NCBI GenBank assembly: GCA_965644295.1
Contig: CBFFRP010000435.1
Location: 201,486-265,485, forward strand
DNA from: Paraphysomonas bandaiensis
Lineage: Eukaryota > Protista > Chrysophyceae
Direction of reading: 5' to 3'
DNA: 64,000 nt
Shown: positions 59,473-64,000 of the stretch, piece after piece
How the letters are laid out: each line of letters opens with the position of its first letter
Numbering within the stretch: the first letter of the stretch is position 1
Program-made: the position numbers and the translations under genes
Notes under the pieces: generated by a model
What the model was told of the DNA's origin: nothing
The model's database searches: none
The model's input: the letters and a program-made list of their open reading frames with translations, nothing else

Positions 59473-61155
59473 GACCTAACTGATATATCAGAGACAGCCC
59501 CTGAGCCTGTATCTAGATTAAGGGCCCAGGAACTCATGGAGGAAGTACATAATGCCCAATCAGGCCACTGGGGAGCTAAAGAGATGTGGAATCGGCTGAA
59601 TAAACTATGTCCTGGGCATCAGATTCCATATAAAGAAATAGCAGACTTTGTGAGTTCGTGTGCGTGCTGTGAGAAAACACGGAGAGAGCGTAAGAACCGT
59701 TTAATTAAGATCCCTAGAACACTGAAACCCCCACATGCGAGAAGTGTCATTGGTATAGATGCTGTGAAGATAACACCAGCAGGGAAGAACGGTGAATCAC
59801 ATATCCTGGTCATTGTTAATTTGTTTAGTAAACATGCATTTCTCAGAGCGATAGTAGGCGTTACAGCGAAAAATTTAGCTGCTTCTGTGTGGATATATTG
59901 GAGCAATTTTGGACATACTGACATGATTATCTCAGATTTGGGTACTGACCTTACCTCGAAGTTATTCGCAGAGTTAGTTCAGCTCATGGGAATGCGCCAT
60001 GTGTTTAGCATTGCAGATAAACATGCTAACGGTACAGAGAGGCCAATAAAGGAAGTGGTGCGGCATTTACGAGCACTAGTATTTGACACAAGGATCCAAG
60101 ATATTTTCGATGATGTTACAAAGATTCCTTCCGTACAATACATTCTCAATGATCATGTGTCCTCCGAGACTGGATTTACGCCGTTTGAGCTTGTCTTTGG
60201 ATCGGTGGACGCGGTATATAAGGATCTTTTGAAAGATTGTGAGGGTGAACCGTCCCATATGCTGCTAAAACAGCTAAATGAGAATCTAACAGTGCTCCGA
60301 GAGGCTTCGAAGAAATTTCAAGATCAGTTGGTTGAAGAAAGAGCGAGTCAAGCGAGACTTATGCCCCAAAATATGTATGCGCCAGGAGATTTTGTCTTGT
60401 TTGATGCTGGTCCAAAACCACATCCTAAACTGGCGTGTCGTCATAAGGGTCCAATGCAAGTTGTCCATCAATACAAAAACGATGTGGATTGTAGGAATCT
60501 GATAAGTGGAGCAATAAAAAAGTTTTCGGTTGAGGATCTTGAGCTATTCTATGGTTCGGCAGAGGAGGCTTTCAATGCTGCAATGCGAGATCAGGAGCAG
60601 TTCATGGTCGATAAGATTCTTGGATACAAGGGAGACTGCAGAAAGAGGACTTCGATGATTTTCAAGGTTAAGTATGCTGATGGAGAAGTTCTTGATATTC
60701 CGTATACCCCTGATATTCTATGTGAGGCGTACTATGACTTCTGCCAGAGTAAGCCTTTCCTTTTTCACTTATCCTTGGACACGGATATGGCCACAAGATT
60801 CATACGCGACAAGCGCAAGGAAAACATTACCTCAGTATCACCGGGAGATACAGTATATGTGGATTTGAGATTCTTTGGGGACCTTTTTTATGAATCCCTA
60901 CAGCTTCCAGACTGGGAAACTTCCAGCTATGTTGTTCCTTTTACCTACCTCCGTTGGTATCACAAGGGCGGGAGTCGCAAGAAAATTACCGTTCGATTTG
61001 ACCTCAACAAGCAATTATATGGCTTTGATAATTACATGGTTTATGCGTGGGGTCGTCAATGGGAATTCGATGAATCCAGCATGATTCTCGTAGATGATAC
61101 GATCACCAAGCACCACCCCGAAATCCTCGCTGTGGATGGCCCAACCCAGGAGTAG
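59473..61155 (+). CDS. Gypsy A2 pol, integrase + chromodomain segment
   Basis: HHCC (VHNAQSGH..CACC), D-D-E (GIDA, SDLG, TERPI), GPY/F-like HKGPMQV, chromodomain-like FMVDKILGYKG..FKVKYADG. In frame with 52707-54012 once element B is removed. Confidence 0.92.
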   Translation, partial: DLTDISETAPEPVSRLRAQELMEEVHNAQSGHWGAKEMWNRLNKLCPGHQIPYKEIADFVSSCACCEKTRRERKNRLIKIPRTLKPPHARSVIGIDAVKITPAGKNGESHILVIVNLFSKHAFLRAIVGVTAKNLAASVWIYWSNFGHTDMIISDLGTDLTSKLFAELVQLMGMRHVFSIADKHANGTERPIKEVVRHLRALVFDTRIQDIFDDVTKIPSVQYILNDHVSSETGFTPFELVFGSVDAVYKDLLKDCEGEPSHMLLKQLNENLTVLREASKKFQDQLVEERASQARLMPQNMYAPGDFVLFDAGPKPHPKLACRHKGPMQVVHQYKNDVDCRNLISGAIKKFSVEDLELFYGSAEEAFNAAMRDQEQFMVDKILGYKGDCRKRTSMIFKVKYADGEVLDIPYTPDILCEAYYDFCQSKPFLFHLSLDTDMATRFIRDKRKENITSVSPGDTVYVDLRFFGDLFYESLQLPDWETSSYVVPFTYLRWYHKGGSRKKITVRFDLNKQLYGFDNYMVYAWGRQWEFDESSMILVDDTITKHHPEILAVDGPTQE

Positions 61156-61157
61156 AC

Positions 61158-61300
61158 GGGAAAGGAGGAGAAGGAGAGAAAGGGTAGTGTAAACCTGTGC
61201 AGGTTTAAAGCAGGTTTATAGTCATCAGCACTATCTTCTATTCTATATGCTGGGCTGTGATATATAATTCTTTTGAAGAGTTATTATTATTACAGTTTGG
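61158..61300 (+). mobile_element. Polypurine tract and start of the 3' LTR of Gypsy A2
   Basis: GGGAAAGGAGGAGAAGGAGAGAAAGGGTAG followed by TGTAAACC at 61188. LTR end not determined. Confidence 0.75.
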
Positions 61301-62030
61301 ATGTATACATATATATATGCGTACATACTAACCTAGTTTCTCTCTTTCACCCACACATATATGTATAGGTTGTGACCCTTCTACAGAATATATATATATG
61401 TTGTATCCTTACCCTAATATATGGTATATATGTGTACATGGCTCTATATTCAACCAGTGGCCTGTAAATGCACATATGTAGCTTCTACAATCACCTATAG
61501 TACGTAAACAGTGTATACGTGCTTTTCCTGCAGTCAGTGGATGTGTCTGCGGCTTCTTTACCGTTATTATATGCCTCTGTGTGGTTCATATATCCATTTC
61601 CAATTAATGGTGACTAAGGGTTGCCATAGACCGCCTCTGTCTGGAAGAAGGACCTATATATCACCTGTCATGACTGTACGTACTGATTACATGATTTTAC
61701 GGTACCTTCCATTTGATCATCACACTGTGTGGACCCTCGTACTGATGCTGAACAGTCAATATACTATATCGCCTCGTACTCTATATCGGCAATTGAAGAA
61801 GCAGTGGTCTTTAGCGAGTACAATGGTAATGCATCTCTGGACATATTGTTCAATTTTCACGATAATCTGCTCGCTTATAAGTATGTTCGGTATGTGTGCT
61901 GCAATCACATTAAGATGGCAGTTAGGAGCGAGCTGCATCTCCTCTCAGCAACCGCACTGTATACCGTATACACTGTATATGATGTATTTGCAGTATTCCT
62001 CTATCGTATGTATGCGTCTATATCACTCGT

Positions 62031-64000
62031 AGGTACAAGGACATCCGCATTGAATTTGGAAAGCTCGTTCAAGTGAAGACTCCGAACCAACCCTCTAGTG
62101 GTACATCTGAGGATTCCCGAGTCGAGGATGCAATTGTAGTGGGACGAGACCCTAACTCCAACGGTGGTATCAGAGTATTCACACTAGACTCGTTGAGGAT
62201 AGTCTCCCGGTCGACTTTCAAGCCATGCCTATTTACCCCGACCATCATCAACACTGTGAACAGGATCGCAGACCATGATAGGTCTCGACATAGCAATGAC
62301 CCCGTGACGACGTACGAGGATCATCCCAATCCTCCTGACTGGAGCCGTGATGACGACGACGCACCAGAGCTAGTGTCAGATGACGAGTCGGACGACGATG
62401 AGGATACCGTTCCGAGTCAGTCTACAGATCACAGTCCCCCAGTACTCGTGCCCGAGGATGACCAGGTAGCAGGCCCAGACCAGCAGGACGACAGTGACCC
62501 CGAGCGGCGATCTGAACCTACTCGTGATCATAGCCGTGACAGGGATGAGGACCCTACAGCCTTCTTAACCTCGTCAGACGAAATGTTTGCATTCAACTTA
62601 TCAGTTCGTGAAGCACTAAGAGCTCATCCAGGGATAGCAGAGGACGCCATAGTCAGGGAGATGGACCAACTCTTCCAAGGAAAGCGTGCATTGATCCCTG
62701 TGAGCCATGCGGACACCAGTGGTAGGAAGCATAGCAAAATACTCCCCTCGAGCATGTTTTGTAAGGAGAAGCGCTCAGCTATGACCAACACCTTGGAGAA
62801 GATCAAGGCCAGGCTGGTCGGTGGCGGTCACATGACCGACCGCACCCTATACACCTCCGGTGACACATCGTCCCCCACAGTCAAGACTGAATCTGTCATG
62901 ACAATTCTGAGCGTTGCCGCCTATGAGAAGAGGACCATAGCCACGATGGACATCCCGGGTGCCTACCTAAACGCCGACCTTGAGCATCCCCACATCATCC
63001 GGATCCCTAAGGACGTTACCGAGGTCTACGTGCGACACAAGCCTCATCTCCGAAAGTATGTTCAACCCAATGGGACAATGCTTGCTGACGCAGTCAAGGC
63101 CTTGTACGGACTACCCGAAGCAGGACTACGCTGGCACCGAACCATTTCAGGGGTGCTGCTGGAGGCCGGATTCCGAATCAGCGACGCCGATCCATGTGTG
63201 TTTATATATGTGAGCAAACGTGGCAAGTGCACCATAGCACTCCACGTGGACGACCTCCTGGTCACCACAACTTCGAAGGAGCTCACCGAATGGCTCGAGA
63301 AGCTCCTCAGTGACAAGTTCGGAAAGGTAACCACAGAAACCGAATCCCAGATCCCATATCTCGGGATGGTCCTCACCGTGCATGACCAGGGACACATCAC
63401 TGTCTCCATGCCTGCTTACATTGACGAGCTACTTCGTGACCACAGCGACGGATCCAAGGCCAAGACTCCAGCGACAAAGCACTTGTTCCGGAACGACAAG
63501 CCTGGAGACCCGGTGGACGCTAGTGAATATCTCAGCCTCCTGATGAAACTTATGTACCTAGCCAAGAGGATCAGACCCGATATCTTGCTTGCGTGCAGCC
63601 ATTTAGCCACCAGGGCAAAGTGTCCAGACACCCATGACCGATGCAAGCTGCTGCGAGTGTTGGCATACATCAATGGCACCAAAGACCTGACGCTGACACT
63701 CGACCCAGACTCTATCACACTTGAGTGTTGGGCAGACGCGAGTTATGGAGTTCACCCAGATGGGAAAGGGCATACGGGCATCGTGATGAAGATAGGCTCC
63801 AGGAGTGGTGGAACCATACTTGCAAAGTCAGTCAAGCAGAAGTGTGTGAGCCGCTCCTCATCCGAGTCAGAACTCATCTCTGCAGACACTGGTATTCCCC
63901 CAATCCTCGTCCAGAGAACACTGCTCTCAGACCTGGGTTACCCGCAGCCTCCGACTGTGCTTTATCAGGACAACAAGTCCTCCATCTCCTTATCTGAGAA
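62031..64000 (+). mobile_element. Copia (CoDi-like) pol fragment: post-integrase linker, RT, RNase H; runs off window
   Basis: Open frame with KARLVGGG, SSPTV, DIPGAYLNA, ALYGL, LHVDD, WADASYGVHPDGKGHTG and YQDNKS. Higher GC than the flanks; no gag, integrase core or LTR on its left. Confidence 0.92.

Noticed and set aside
61511-62076. ORFs of 173 and 115 aa after the Gypsy PPT
   Set aside because: No recognisable motifs, GTG starts, probably LTR or noncoding sequence.

Overview
Eukaryotic nuclear DNA with short (~45-180 bp) spliceosomal introns. Gene content and retroelement types suggest a protist, possibly a stramenopile (inference). Positions 1-43.3 kb hold about 18 host genes, often in divergent pairs: ARM-repeat protein, Shewanella-like phosphatase, FANCF-like, CotH kinase/CTP-dependent polyprenol kinase fusion, USP-like, tandem PH, cyclophilin, HIG1, vezatin-like, NHL-repeat, 7TM, rhomboid, HYKK-ITPase fusion, SRI-like, METTL21-like and steroid 5-alpha-reductase. 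They are interspersed with hAT MITEs, a SINE/LINE-tail family with 13-14 bp TSDs, solo LTRs and a partial pseudogene. Positions 43.4-64 kb are a nest of LTR retrotransposons: a Copia; a Gypsy 5' half with CCCH-finger Gag, a UGA-readthrough junction and an antisense SET-domain-like ORF; a chromodomain Gypsy 3' half with an atypical LFDN RT motif; a young 5.46 kb non-autonomous LTR element (GACC TSD) splitting that pol; and a CoDi-like Copia fragment. The best leads are the SET-carrying Gypsy and the two enzyme fusions.
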